Assembly: GCF_001949145.1 (NCBI RefSeq)
Contig: NW_019091362.1
Coordinates: 3,088,204 to 3,115,384, forward strand
DNA: 27,181 nt
Origin: Acanthaster planci
Lineage: Eukaryota
Direction of reading: 5' to 3'
A program made the position numbers and the translations under genes. Positions within the stretch are counted from its first letter, which is position 1; each line of letters begins with the position of its first letter. The notes under the pieces were generated by a model. The model was not told where the DNA came from. It did no database searches and was given only the letters and a program-made list of their open reading frames with translations. Shown here one piece after another: positions 1-10,684 of this stretch.

Positions 1-239
1 GGGGTCCTCACTTGCCGACAGAGACACTTTTGAGTGTGTGTAAATGCAGCCATAGGAATTACCAAAGCTGGGTCTTAGTGTAAATGTCACCTTACACTGC
101 ATACTAGTGTTTTTACAAGTATTCACTTTCATGAAATCTGGTTGCGGATTTACACGTCCTCTCGTACATGTACGACTGCTGCTGTGTTTTCAGAACAGCA
201 CATCCACACGTATTCTCAATTTGTCTCTGCTTCATGCAG

Positions 240-340
240 CTGTAGAGGATGTTCCCTCTTTACAGCCACACTTCCCAGGACTTGTGAGCAAAGCCTCGCG
301 AGTGACCAGAGCTCCAACCCAGGAGATCAGAAAATACGAA
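240..340 (+). CDS. RAB3GAP1: RAB3GAP1 internal coding exon (AVEDVPSLQPHFPGLVSKASRVTRAPTQEIRKYE)
   Basis: Acceptor ttcatgcag ends at 239; donor gtgagt at 341; ends in phase 0, joining the next exon in frame. The acceptor choice is less certain (alternative cag at 191-193). Confidence 0.75.
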
Positions 341-581
341 GTGAGTGTAATGCTGTTTTGGGTATTTCTTTTCAATCGCTCGATTGGCCCCAATGAACTT
401 GTAGTTGGTAATATTAAAGGGAATTGTAGAAAATGTGGCCAAAGATTGAGGCCCAGTCATTAGAGAATTGCTAAAGAATTTACTTATTCTTGAAACTGAA
501 AGTCGAGTTTTTTTGGCGTATTTGTCAGGATCGTGTGGGGGTCATGTCACAACCCTCTTTTTCTCATTCCTCACTTGCCAG

Positions 582-806
582 GAGTTAGTCAAGCAGATTT
601 CCCTCTTTGAGGAGGTCATCGCCCGCTCCCTCTCCCTCAAAGCCAAGTTCCTCCCCCAGAGAGCGGACACAGAGGCCTCACGTCACGCCAGCGCCCTGCA
701 GCAGTTTGTCAGCGATCTCATGGACAAGCCCGAGGTGCCCGTGATCGGGGCAGGCAGGGGTCCCGTGGGACAGGCCATACATCAACTGTTTGGAGCCGCA
801 CAAAGG
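582..806 (+). CDS. RAB3GAP1: RAB3GAP1 penultimate coding exon (ELVKQISLFEEVIARSLSLKAKF...HQLFGAAQR)
   Basis: Polypyrimidine tract plus cag ending at 581; donor gtaaga at 807; 225 nt, phase 0-0; conserved motifs. Confidence 0.92.
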
Positions 807-1210
807 GTAAGACGTCTCTCTGTCGCAAACTCAAGCCTCATAGTACCATTGTTGATATTGCCCGGGTAGTGTTTAGGGCTCTCGAAACCCGTCAGTGTTT
901 TGGTTGGCCATTTTTGAGGAGGTCAGATATGCTGGTCTAAAAATTCATGAGAAATAGGAAAGCTTTTCTTTTTTATTCATCATACCTTGAGTTACCTCTT
1001 CTCAGGATTCTAGTTTTGTATTTTTTTCCCAGGAATGATACTGCCCCCTGTCAGTTATATTCACCAACCTGTAACATGCACATCTTTTAGCGCATTTTGA
1101 CTGTCGCACAGTGTGCTGTGGCTTGGGTTTCAGAAGGCATAAAACACCCACAGTCATTACATGCTATCTGTTCGATTGTGAAAGAATTGAAGGCTTTGAG
1201 TGCATCAACA

Positions 1211-1269
1211 TTAACCCTAACCCTCCTCAATCCTTCACCTGTTGGAGGACTGAGGAGGGTTAGGGTTAA
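1211..1269. mobile_element. 59-bp palindromic mini-element bounded by TTAA with CCCT...AGGG ends (piggyBac-like MITE remnant)
   Basis: ttaaccctaaccctcctca (1211-1229) is the exact reverse complement of tgaggagggttagggttaa (1251-1269); pairing continues inward with few mismatches. Confidence 0.6.
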
Positions 1270-1598
1270 GATAGTTATGAATTCATTATTAATTACATAA
1301 GATGTATTCATTGCCTTGGGCAGAATTGCAGAGACAAATTTCGAGAAATAAATATAAAAATTCAATAAGTATGGTATGCAAAAGACATTTTACCCATTTC
1401 ATCTAATTATAATAAATATTAACTTCTAAACTATTGTTTTAGTTTTGAATAGAACTTTCAGAATATTTTTCTGTCCCTTCCTACCGATAAATAAGGTCGT
1501 CAGAATGGTTGCTATCAAGAAACCCTAAATGTCATTCACCTTGTTTGTAATCCCCTGTCTCCCCCTGGCCCCCCCCCCCAAATCTTTGCCTCATGCAG

Positions 1599-1844
1599 TC
1601 TGCTCACATGCTTCCCGAGGTGGAAGCCGACTTGCAGGATTCTCCAGGCAGGGTTAAGTACTCCCACACTCACAGCTCGGTGCCGGACTTCCCCCGGCCA
1701 GCTGGCCGGGAGTTCATCTTCCGCGCGGTGGCACCCCGCCCTGCCCCCTACTCCCAGCCCACCCCACAGAGGATGTACTGCGTGCTGGTGGAGGAGGAGT
1801 TTCGGCTGGCGGGAGCATTCTCTCAGGACACCACCTTCCAGTGA
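1599..1844 (+). CDS. RAB3GAP1: RAB3GAP1 last coding exon (SAHMLPE...FRLAGAFSQDTTFQ*)
   Basis: Acceptor tcatgcag ends at 1598; TGA at 1842-1844; strongly conserved C-terminal motif. Confidence 0.94.
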   Translation, partial: SAHMLPEVEADLQDSPGRVKYSHTHSSVPDFPRPAGREFIFRAVAPRPAPYSQPTPQRMYCVLVEEEFRLAGAFSQDTTFQ

Positions 1845-3023
1845 TTGGGGGGGGGAAGGGCATGAAGATGGACGCTAAGAGGGGAAACCGGCCCACATCT
1901 GAAAGTCTGCGAAGTGAGAATGTTCCTATTTCCACTCGAATGCTTTTTTTATGGAACTGAGTGTGTTCTTGCAATAGGAATTCCAGGGATGCTGTTCTCG
2001 AGTTAGCATTCACAGTCATAGACCACTGTTCCCATTTGGGCACAGGTGTTATTCTAAGACGAAACAGCAGGTGTTTGGGATTGGAACCAGCCAGGCTCTC
2101 ATTGGAATGTTCATTTAATAGTGCTCCATCTTTTGAAATATACCCTTGTTCAGCAAGAGAATTGTTATATAATCATGTCTTTGCTATAATCATTTTAGCT
2201 TCTGTCCATTGAAAATAGCTCCGTGTCATAAACACTGAAATTGTTTCCCCTATGGCAAAAACAAAATCCTAGATTCATGCAGTCATAAAGTCCAGCAGCA
2301 GAAAATTACACCAGCAATGCAGTTGAAGTGGTTATCAAAGTTACCAGAATACAAGTTCTGTGTCGGATATCACCAAGTTGAATCCCGACTCTAGCATACA
2401 AATGCTCAGTTCATTGCTGAGGACTTTTTAAAGTCCGTTCTGGCACTGGAAATTCCTGTTGGTTTGAAACAGACTTGAATCCTGATCAGAGCCTCTAACA
2501 CCGGAATAACATTCATCTGCTAAATATAGAAGACGTGAATTTTCTGTGATTAAGGTACATGACCTTGGTTAATCTAATATGAAATGGCAAATGGTTTTTC
2601 GGCAGGGTCCCATGTGCATCCATGTTGCAAAGGTGTGTCTGCACGTGTGAGAAGTTGTGGAGAGCAAAGATTTCTACAGCAAAGTCACTTTTATTCGTAA
2701 GGATGTGTAAATAATGTCAACCAAACGCCCCAAATGTGACCAGCTTCTTTGATTTTACACTTGCTTCTCAGAAAGTCGTCTGCAAGCTGTCAAGCAAAAG
2801 CGAGTGTCGTGGTCGAGTTCGGTCACGAGACCAGTAATACAAGCAGCAGGATGAACAATGACGGAGGAACGTTTTAGTTCACAGTTCACTTGGGAGCAGG
2901 TTGTGACTTGACTTAGGACTGGGCGACTTGTAATGGTGTAGGATGGACTTGACTTCTAAAACCACAAATGTAATTTATGCTCGTATTAAATATGCATATT
3001 ATAAAGAATATACATGTATTGTG

Positions 3024-3029
3024 AATAAA
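3024..3029 (+). terminator. Candidate polyadenylation signal (AATAAA) for RAB3GAP1
   Basis: First canonical AATAAA I found on + after the stop at 1844; ATTAAA variant about 40 nt upstream. No transcript evidence. Confidence 0.35.
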
Positions 3030-4709
3030 ATTCATATTATGCAAAACGGGTCTAAGTGTCAATGTCCAATAGAATGAAGTTTTCATCCTGTAGTAAACAT
3101 CATACACAAGTAAACATTGGCAACTTACAAACAAGACATGCCACAGGGGTGTGATTGGAGGAACATAAAATATCCACAAAATGATCATCTGATTTCTGAG
3201 GGCCCAAGATACACATTTGCGTTCGCCTCTCCTTAAAATACCAGTTTCTTGCATTGTATATCACTTCCTGTATGTAAAAACATCTTAATGGTATACTCGG
3301 GACTTTCAAGATGCCAAAAGAGATTGTTTAAACAATTCTGAAATCAGAAAAATCCCGACAAGTCTCCCCTGATACCATTTTTCATTATAAGGTGTAATTT
3401 AATATCAGTGTCTTTGGACTGAAGTCAAATCAATGTGCTTTGCTACAGGTCTGTTGCATATTTTCTTTTTTGCTAAGTTTCTGACCATGTGGAATTGGAA
3501 AGCGTGATAACTACAACTACATTCATCTGTAAGTGCACTGTTGCATGGATGATGAAGTTCACATTATAAAGAACATTCAAGACAGTAACATCTAAAAGGT
3601 AACACTTAAAGGACATATCATTGACAGTTAAAATTTGTTTTATGAGATTTGGGACACTGTTAGCAATTTTGCCAAACGTTACCCAAATATATCTCTTTCC
3701 AAAAGTAACCCCCCCCCCAAAAATGGTAGGGTCAAAACTTGTGCCTAATCCTTCCACAAACACACATAACACCTTCCAGGAATGCAAACAGTTCAAATCC
3801 TAAAGTAACCTTATTGGTGATAAATGCAGGCTTTGTTCATTTCATGTGCATGTACTCAAAAACTCCAGCAAGGCATGTTGAGAGGGTATCCACATTTCAG
3901 TTCAGCTAACGTTTTGCCTTGCAAGTACTATCACTGACATGTTAGAAACCTGTGCAAACTACTTTGGCCACATTGAACGAATGTGCATCACTTATCAAAG
4001 TCACTGCGAATGTGTACATATTAAACTGAAACCAGCTGCATCTCTGGTTGGGTTAGGTTTTATGTTCGTTGAGCAATATCTTGGGGTCTTTGCAAAACAT
4101 AAAAAGCAGCATGAGTTGAATGTTGGTGAAGTGAAAACAAAAGCACTTCTTCTTCAGGAACATAGTACCGGGGGGCTCTTGATCGATGACCAAAACAAAT
4201 TTTAAAATTTCCAAAATAATTTTTACCCGCAGAACCACAAAAAAAGCATCTCAAAAGTCAATTTTCATCCCGAAGAAAAGTACTAGAATAGAAAAAACCG
4301 AACTGAGGTTTTGAAGAAAAAGCAAGGTTTACAAAATTGTACAAATATTTCCAAAGGCCTGTCCTCTTTTTTTAATCTGTTAAGTATGATTAATATTGAA
4401 GGTTTACAAAGTATTAACAAACTTCTTCCAAATATTTGAAACATGGAACATACTTAGGACCTGTACTTTATAATAACCTTAAAACCAATCTGGTCAGAGG
4501 TCAACCCACACTGTACAGAGCTTCTCTATGAATTTTCCTCAACGTTTTGAAAACACAGCTTGCACTAGGCATATCCGACCAAGCACAAGGTTCCCAAATA
4601 AGGAGCCGTGTAAAATCCAGGCTAGCTTTCAGTTTGAATGTTGCCCACCAATTATCAAATTAATAAAAAAAACATCTACTAAGATACCTAAAACAGGTCA
4701 TGACCAGGG

Positions 4710-4774
4710 TCAGTAACCCTGAAGACCGTTGTAAATGTTTTGTTTGGATTCTTGCTTCAATAGTTTCTTTATAC
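4710..4774 (-). CDS. DNAJB11: DNAJB11 last coding exon (GIKKLLKQESKQNIYNGLQGY*)
   Basis: 65 nt; ctcag acceptor; TGA at 4712-4710; conserved YNGLQGY terminus. Confidence 0.95.
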
Positions 4775-4826
4775 CTGAGGAGAAACAAAGAAAATAATCA
4801 CACATTAATCAGATACGATGTACATG

Positions 4827-5244
4827 TAGGGCTGTGCCGAATAACTGAATATTCGATCGCTTGTCGAATATTCAAATATTAGCTTTCAAATTTGAATATT
4901 CAAATGCAAAATTCATGAAAAGAGAAAATTGTCTTTTGTTTTAAATGACACAAATTGCACCATGGAGGCTTTTTTCAAGCAGATTCAAATGAAAAGTGTC
5001 AGGAATCTTACAACGATTTAAAAGTAAATTATTCATTAAACAATTCAAAAGGAATAGAAATTTTCAACAGGGCAAGCCTTATATTGATCACAATAGACAA
5101 TTGTGGGTGTTAATACTGCAACTGAGTTTGTAAATGGTTTGTTCATCAACGATCTGCTGGTCGGTGCGACCAAATATTCAGATATGCGATCAAATTGAAG
5201 GTCAAATATTGGAATGGTGAATTATTTGAATTGACCCAGCCTTA
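4827..5244. mobile_element. Degenerate hAT-like non-autonomous element in DNAJB11 intron 9
   Basis: Ends tagggctg (4827) and cagcctta (5237-5244), with subterminal GAATATTC-like palindromes near both ends; no convincing target-site duplication. Confidence 0.4.
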
Positions 5245-5823
5245 ACACAATGCAGTGAATAAATGTTTCAGGGTGTTTCAGAAATCTATAGAGTACTATT
5301 CATAACATTTGCACCAGGAAGTGTACTGCAAACGAATGGAGTACACGCGTGTGTTGGTTCACGTTCTGGTTCTTAGGCTAATGCCTTTTGGACACATAAT
5401 TGTGTGCATGACATGTTCACTTCAGTACTCTATACTTCTTATCTTAACCCTTTCCATTCCCAAGGTTAGAGACCAACCATTGCACGATTGTCATGACCTC
5501 TAGTGTGGCGTCAAGCCATTTAAATATTCATGTCAAAACATGTGACACGGGAATACCGAGTTTCACACTCTTTAGAATTTCACACTCTTTAGAATGAGGC
5601 CCATCAGAATGCAGTAAAAGCAGTGCCTGGCTGCAAACGCAACCAATGAAATCTCAGCCTGAGGTCATTGCCTGTCCTCATAATGAGGTCAGCTCCTGTA
5701 AGACTAATGAATACTTCAAGTGAGGTGGGCCTCCTGTGTGGAAAAAGTCTCATGAGGTACTCGGTTCAGTTTGAGAATACAACCGAGGCAAACAGCATTG
5801 TCAGTAACATTTCTGTGACTTAC

Positions 5824-5983
5824 CTTCTCTGTCCTCCTGGGTCAAGTCACCCTTGGGGAATTCGACATCAAAAGTGATTACCAGCATTCCTTTGACATGG
5901 TTGTTCTCATAATTGGGCATTCCTTCCCCTTGCTTCCTCATCTTGGCACCTGGCCAAGTAACCTTTTCTCGTACAATTTTGAC
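5824..5983 (-). CDS. DNAJB11: DNAJB11 exon 9 (VKIVREKVTWPGAKMRKQGEGMPNYENNHVKGMLVITFDVEFPKGDLTQEDRE)
   Basis: 160 nt; gtcag acceptor, gtaagt donor. Confidence 0.96.
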
Positions 5984-6152
5984 CTGACAAAAAACAATTT
6001 CAGACACGTTTTCACCCAACTAAAGCAGGCTGTAGGATAACGGGACAACTGTCTAAGCATCCAACTTAAAACAGGTGTAGTATTTTGAAAACTGTGGACT
6101 TTGAAGATGATTTTGTCCAAAATTTTCATCAGAACAAGCACATAAATCTTAC

Positions 6153-6264
6153 CATGTGACCATCAAGATGGGGAAATTGCATGGAAAACCCAACAAGGGC
6201 ATCCACAAGGGATATTGTGATGTTTGTGTACAAGTCATCACCGCGTCTTTCAAAGCGATCATGC
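6153..6264 (-). CDS. DNAJB11: DNAJB11 exon 8 ([37 protein letters not shown])
   Basis: 112 nt; ttcag acceptor, gtaag donor; DnaJ C-terminal domain motif. Confidence 0.96.
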
Positions 6265-6566
6265 CTGAAAAAAAGAGTTGAATATAAACTTTCAATTAAA
6301 AAACGACATGACCACGGCTACAAAGTGTGGCCTTGTTTCTGGCTGCATAGCACACCAAGCTTCTTTCCTCATTGTCCATTGTGTCTCCAGCTTCAACATG
6401 AGTCGATTGGAGCAGTTCAAGGGGTCCTTTTGATTTTGCTCTGGTTGTCAACATGACTATCCTGCAAAGTGCAAACTGCTCCAGACTTGTCGTCAAATTT
6501 AACCTTCCTCTTTTCCAGATTCATCTTTCATGTTTTAGAAAAAAAAAAGTCTGGGGCACTTCTTAC

Positions 6567-6624
6567 TTTTCTGCAAGGATTCTAAACCGGAGGTCACCAG
6601 GTTCACCATCTACGTGAGGCTCTC
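6567..6624 (-). CDS. DNAJB11: DNAJB11 exon 7 (GEPHVDGEPGDLRFRILAE)
   Basis: 58 nt; poly-T plus cag acceptor, gtaag donor. Confidence 0.95.
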
Positions 6625-6792
6625 CTGAAAAAAAAAAAGAGATTGTTTCCAATAACATGGTTTTCATTTCTCCGCAATCCTGAAAACATTTGGCAAGTTT
6701 GACCATAATGAAAGTTCTTCATGGATTTAAAAACCGTATTTATTCATTATTATGCTATTTTTTTGGAAAAACCACACAAGAAAAGGTTTTAC

Positions 6793-6875
6793 CCTCTGCT
6801 AAGAATGGATACTCTTGGCCGTCCTGCATTCCTGGCTCGATCTCAATTTCCAACAACTTCTCTTCATTCACCAAC
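6793..6875 (-). CDS. DNAJB11: DNAJB11 exon 6 ([27 protein letters not shown])
   Basis: 83 nt; ctgcag acceptor, gtaaaa donor. Confidence 0.95.
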
Positions 6876-7294
6876 CTGCAGAGGATGTGCAACCAAATTG
6901 AATGAAAACCAAATCATTTACTCCCTCTCCCTGCCTCCAACCTCCTCCCCAGAAAGTATTTAAACCCTTTTTTTGTTGGAGGCCTCAACATAATTTTTGG
7001 CCATGTAGACTTAATTTATTCTCTTTGAAAGCAACTGTTGGAGATAGGGTCTTTGGCATCTTATGCACCCATGCTTGAGGTAAAGTACAATGTGCAAATA
7101 AGGCTTGGTGCTGAAAACCGGCAGACACGAGGCATCTTTGGGGAAAAAAGCAAGGTTAAAGGGTTCCAAAGTTTTTCCCAAATATCTTGATTACATATTT
7201 TTATCACGGAAGGGGAAGTTATGCATCATCTCAGCATAACAAAGTGTCTTTGAGGGTCGCCGACGTGAACCAAAGGTACACCTCACGGACTTAC

Positions 7295-7437
7295 TTGACT
7301 CGTGGGCACTCGTCGCACACTTCATGCTGTGTCATCTGGAATCTCCCTGGTCCCAACTGCTGCGTTCGCATCTCCTGTCTGCAGTTACATTTCCTGGTAC
7401 CCGGGGCTGTGTGGGCCACTGGTTTGTACCTCACAAC
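7295..7437 (-). CDS. DNAJB11: DNAJB11 exon 5 ([47 protein letters not shown])
   Basis: 143 nt; ctag acceptor, gtaagt donor; ERdj3-specific cysteine-rich domain. Confidence 0.97.
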
Positions 7438-8015
7438 CTAGAAAAAGGAGGAAATGATTGTTTGAAAATCTGACAGAATCTAGTACTACAGTTTGTGCTC
7501 CTCAGAACAGGGCTTAAGAGCAATAACGGCACGTAGGATCTAAAGTCTTGATTCCATCCAAATGACACTAAAATCTAGATGAAACATTTTGACAGAATAG
7601 GTGTAATTTGGATAAAACAAGAGAACAGTTTCTTGAAGATGGTAGAAAACACCACAGCCTCAAACAATTCTTCAACACTTCATAATTTCACAACCAACTT
7701 GTAGGATTACTTAACTTTAAAGGATTTCTGGAACCTGTCCAGAGTCAAGAACTTTATAGGGTACTAGAACCACTTCAGAACCTTCCAGAATGCCACAAAT
7801 TTTCAGGATTCAAGAGTCTCTCATGATTCAAGGACCTCTACGAATTCCAGAACTATCCAAGATTTAGGAACATTTGAAGATTCCTTTTGGGTTTCTGGGA
7901 CTTGTAACATTCCCAAAGTCCTTAATCTGGTTCAATTCCATCTCCTGGTTGTCCGTGAACTTCGACCCCTATGTTGCATCAATCTGTCAGTATCCTGGAG
8001 CCCATCTACACTCAC

Positions 8016-8145
8016 CTCAACAAAATTGCCGGAATAAAGTTCCTCTAATGATACAGGCAAGTCCACAGTAAAGTCGTCCCCTCGCGGAGTTTCTGGATTT
8101 CGTTGGTGGCCTCCAAATCCAAAATGTGCAAAGTCACCAAAAAAG
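8016..8145 (-). CDS. DNAJB11: DNAJB11 exon 4 ([12 protein letters not shown]...[24 protein letters not shown])
   Basis: 130 nt; ttgcag acceptor, gtgagt donor; G/F-rich region. Confidence 0.95.
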
Positions 8146-8511
8146 CTGCAAACAAAACAAACACAAACAAAAGACCAGCTTTGTCAGAAATTAACATGTA
8201 TAGGCGCGTTTGATTTGAAAGTTTAAAGAGCAGTTTTTCCGTGCTCCCTGGTTAGGATGAAAAACCTTATGCCAACATGGCTACTGGTACCTGCTCATTT
8301 CTCTGACTGGCTTCCTTTGATGAACTCAAGAAAATGTAAAAAAAAGTGAAATGTGAAAAAGGGAAGCTTTTTAGGGTTAAAGGATTCCGGGACTTGAAGC
8401 CCACCTTGCTTTGTTCCACATGCATGTATCTAACTCTTTAACCTTTCACTTGTTGCTGCAAAATAATCCTAATTTTTTAGTGTGTTTTTTTTCTCTTTCA
8501 ATTCAACAAAC

Positions 8512-8603
8512 CTTGAGAATGGGTCGCCGTGTCCGTGTGATTCCTTGATTCCTTCCTCTCCGTGTCTATCGTACTGTTTCCTTTTCGTGTCATCCGTCAG
8601 CAC
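8512..8603 (-). CDS. DNAJB11: DNAJB11 exon 3 (VLTDDTKRKQYDRHGEEGIKESHGHGDPFS)
   Basis: 92 nt; ctcag acceptor, gtttg donor; end of J domain. Confidence 0.93.
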
Positions 8604-9035
8604 CTGAGAGAACAAGAATTGAAAGAACTTATAGGTGAACTGAGCAAACCGACCGACTAAAGAGGAATTTGAACCAGAGACTCAATGCATCTGTGATAAC
8701 AATGAGCAGGGGACTAAGTCTGTTTCCTTTTCGTGTCATCCGTCAGCACCTGAGAGAACAAGAATTGAAAGAACTTATAGGTGAACTGAGCAAACCGACC
8801 GACTAAAGAGGAATTTGAACCAGAGACTCAATGCATCTGTGATAACAATGAGCAGGGGACTTAAAGTCTGTTTCCTTTTCGTGTCATCCGTCAGCACCTG
8901 AGAGAACAAGAATTGAAAGAACTTACAGGTGAACTTAGCAAACTGACTGAATAAAGAGGAATTTGAACCAGAAACTCAATGCACCAGTAATAAAAATGAG
9001 CAGGATGACTTTTGGGGACTAAGTCTGTTTCCTTT
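8574..9035. repeat. Three tandem ~146-157-bp units, each with the DNAJB11 exon 3 acceptor and the first 30 nt of exon 3
   Basis: Units start ctgtttccttttcgtgtcatccgtcagcacctgagag at 8574, 8720 and 8868; a residual ctgtttccttt lies at 9025-9035. Confidence 0.95.
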
Positions 9036-9050
9036 CTCTCCTCCAGCTAT

Positions 9051-9258
9051 CTGTGCGTAGCTAGGCTTTTACTAGTGGGTGGGGCACAAAAAGGGGCACC
9101 AGCATCTTACGGGGGGCACTAGCTTTCAGTGGTGTGGTTATTTGGGGGCAAGTTTTTGTTGCCTTGTTCAATATGCATTCATCCATTTTTTTTTCCTGTA
9201 GTGGGGGGGGGGACACACTGGGAATGGGGGGGGCAGCCCCCCTGTGGCAACGCCACTG
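9051..9258. mobile_element. hAT-type MITE with 8-bp target-site duplication
   Basis: Flanks ccagctat (9043-9050) and ccagctgt (9259-9266). The right end acgccactg is the complement of a CAGTGGCGT terminus; the left end ctgtgcgtag is degenerate. G-run-rich interior. Confidence 0.6.
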
Positions 9259-9828
9259 CCAGCTGTATCTGCTCACATTGGAAACTCAGGTAGCGGAACA
9301 AAAAGTGTGTGCTCCATGTGAGTACCTTTGTCATAACTTGATCACTGAATGCATGATGTACACAGCTGAAATCTGGTCGGAGGACCAGAGAGCACAAAAT
9401 ATATAGATACAACAGCTTCTTTTTCTCCACAGACTGATAAGGACTGGTCAAGTGTGATGAAGTCCTGTATATACATATTCAGTGAAAAATATTGAGGTCC
9501 ACGTCACCATGCACCTGTTCAACAATAATTTCATGCTTTAGTCCCATGCAGTGCATATATTGTGCTTCACTCCTGTTCTCCAAGATCAACATGCCCCAGG
9601 ATCTACAATTTGATCAGGGATGAGCAAACTTGCCAAACAGTGTACAATGTCCAAGAAGCTTTTCAGATTTCTGCTCTTCTTCTGAAATCAGAACCTTCCA
9701 ATGTCAGACTTTGAAAAACTCACAACGCAAAATGATTCCAAAAATTGGAACCATTGGCAGACGGGCAAGCAAAGCCTGTAAGGAACTCCAAATTTAGCCC
9801 TGGAACACCTGAAGAATGCCACAGATGT

Positions 9829-10216
9829 CAGAGTTGTAGATCAACAGTCACTAGTCAGTCCAGAAGTCAACTCACGAGTCATTTAACAAGTCAGTGCGGA
9901 ACTAACGAGATGAATAATAACAAAGGAATGCCGCTGTCATACTTCGTTTACCTAGCTTTCGAACGACTTGTGGCTAAATAACGTGTGACTGACTTGTGGT
10001 GACTTGCAGTGACTTGTGACTGACTTGTGGTGACTTGCAGTGACGTGTGACTGACTTGTGGTGACTTGCAGTGACGTGTGACTGACTTGTGGTGACTTGC
10101 AGTGACGTGTGACTGACTTGTGGTGACTTGCAGTGGACTTGTGACTGACTTGCAGTGACTTGTGACTGACTTGTGGTGACTTGCAGTGATGTGTGACTGA
10201 CTCGATTACAACTCTA
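9829..10216. mobile_element. hAT-type MITE carrying an internal 31-bp minisatellite
   Basis: TIRs cagagttgta (9829) and tacaactcta (10207-10216); flanks acagatgt and acagacgc match at 6/8, consistent with an 8-bp TSD. Confidence 0.65.
9982..10202 (+). repeat. Minisatellite, ~7 copies of 31-bp unit gtgactgacttgtggtgacttgcagtgac(g/t)t
   Basis: gacttgtgg recurs at 9991, 10022, 10053 and 10084 (period 31), with shorter variant units toward the end. Confidence 0.93.
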
Positions 10217-10302
10217 ACAGACGCATCCTCTCATTTCTAAGGCCCAGTTCAATTCACCACTGGCCCCTGGAAACTTGGTTGGTGAACCCTTTCTTATCTT
10301 AC

Positions 10303-10459
10303 CTCATACGCTGCTCCTAGGTCCTTAAACTTCTCCTCTGCCTCTGCGTTGCCCGGGTTCTTGTCTGGGTGGTACTGCATGGCCAACTTGCGATATGCTT
10401 TTTTAATCTCATTTTTGGAGGCTGACTTGGGGACACCCAGAATCTTGTAGAAATCCCGC
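10303..10459 (-). CDS. DNAJB11: DNAJB11 exon 2, J domain ([52 protein letters not shown])
   Basis: 157 nt; ttgtag acceptor, gtaag donor; HPD motif. Confidence 0.97.
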
Positions 10460-10684
10460 CTACAAGTAAACAGAAGGACAAACACAACAACAAACTGAAC
10501 AAAAGGGTTATTGTAAAATCTGTTATTCTACTGTCAAAAACTAATGTCACAACACACAAGCCAAGTGCATCATTCATAAATTGAGCCTGGGGTATGCGCA
10601 CACACATATGCCAATGACTGCTTTCTGAATGGTGCCACGTCCAGTGGCTGTGACCAAATCAGGTCGTACACCGGACACTGTGAC

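Larger units (their letters stand above)
240..1844 (+). other. RAB3GAP1: Gene span (3' part) of Rab3 GTPase-activating protein catalytic subunit; CDS join(240..340,582..806,1599..1844), 5' exons outside window
   Basis: Three phase-compatible GT-AG exons. They translate to ARSLSLKAKF, PEVPVIGAGRG and the C-terminus DFPRPAGREFIFRAVAPRPAPYSQPTPQRMYCVLVEEEFRLAGAFSQDTTFQ*, which closely matches the known RAB3GAP1 C-terminus. Confidence 0.93.

Noticed and set aside
4710..4774. ER protein lacking a KDEL/HDEL signal
   Set aside because: ERdj3/DNAJB11 orthologs normally end in YNGLQGY without a retention motif.
5561..5594. Exact 17-bp tandem duplication tttcacactctttagaa
   Set aside because: Ordinary slippage duplication in an intron.
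9982..10202. 31-bp repeats as a CRISPR array
   Set aside because: Units are contiguous with no unique spacers, the context is eukaryotic and no cas genes are present.
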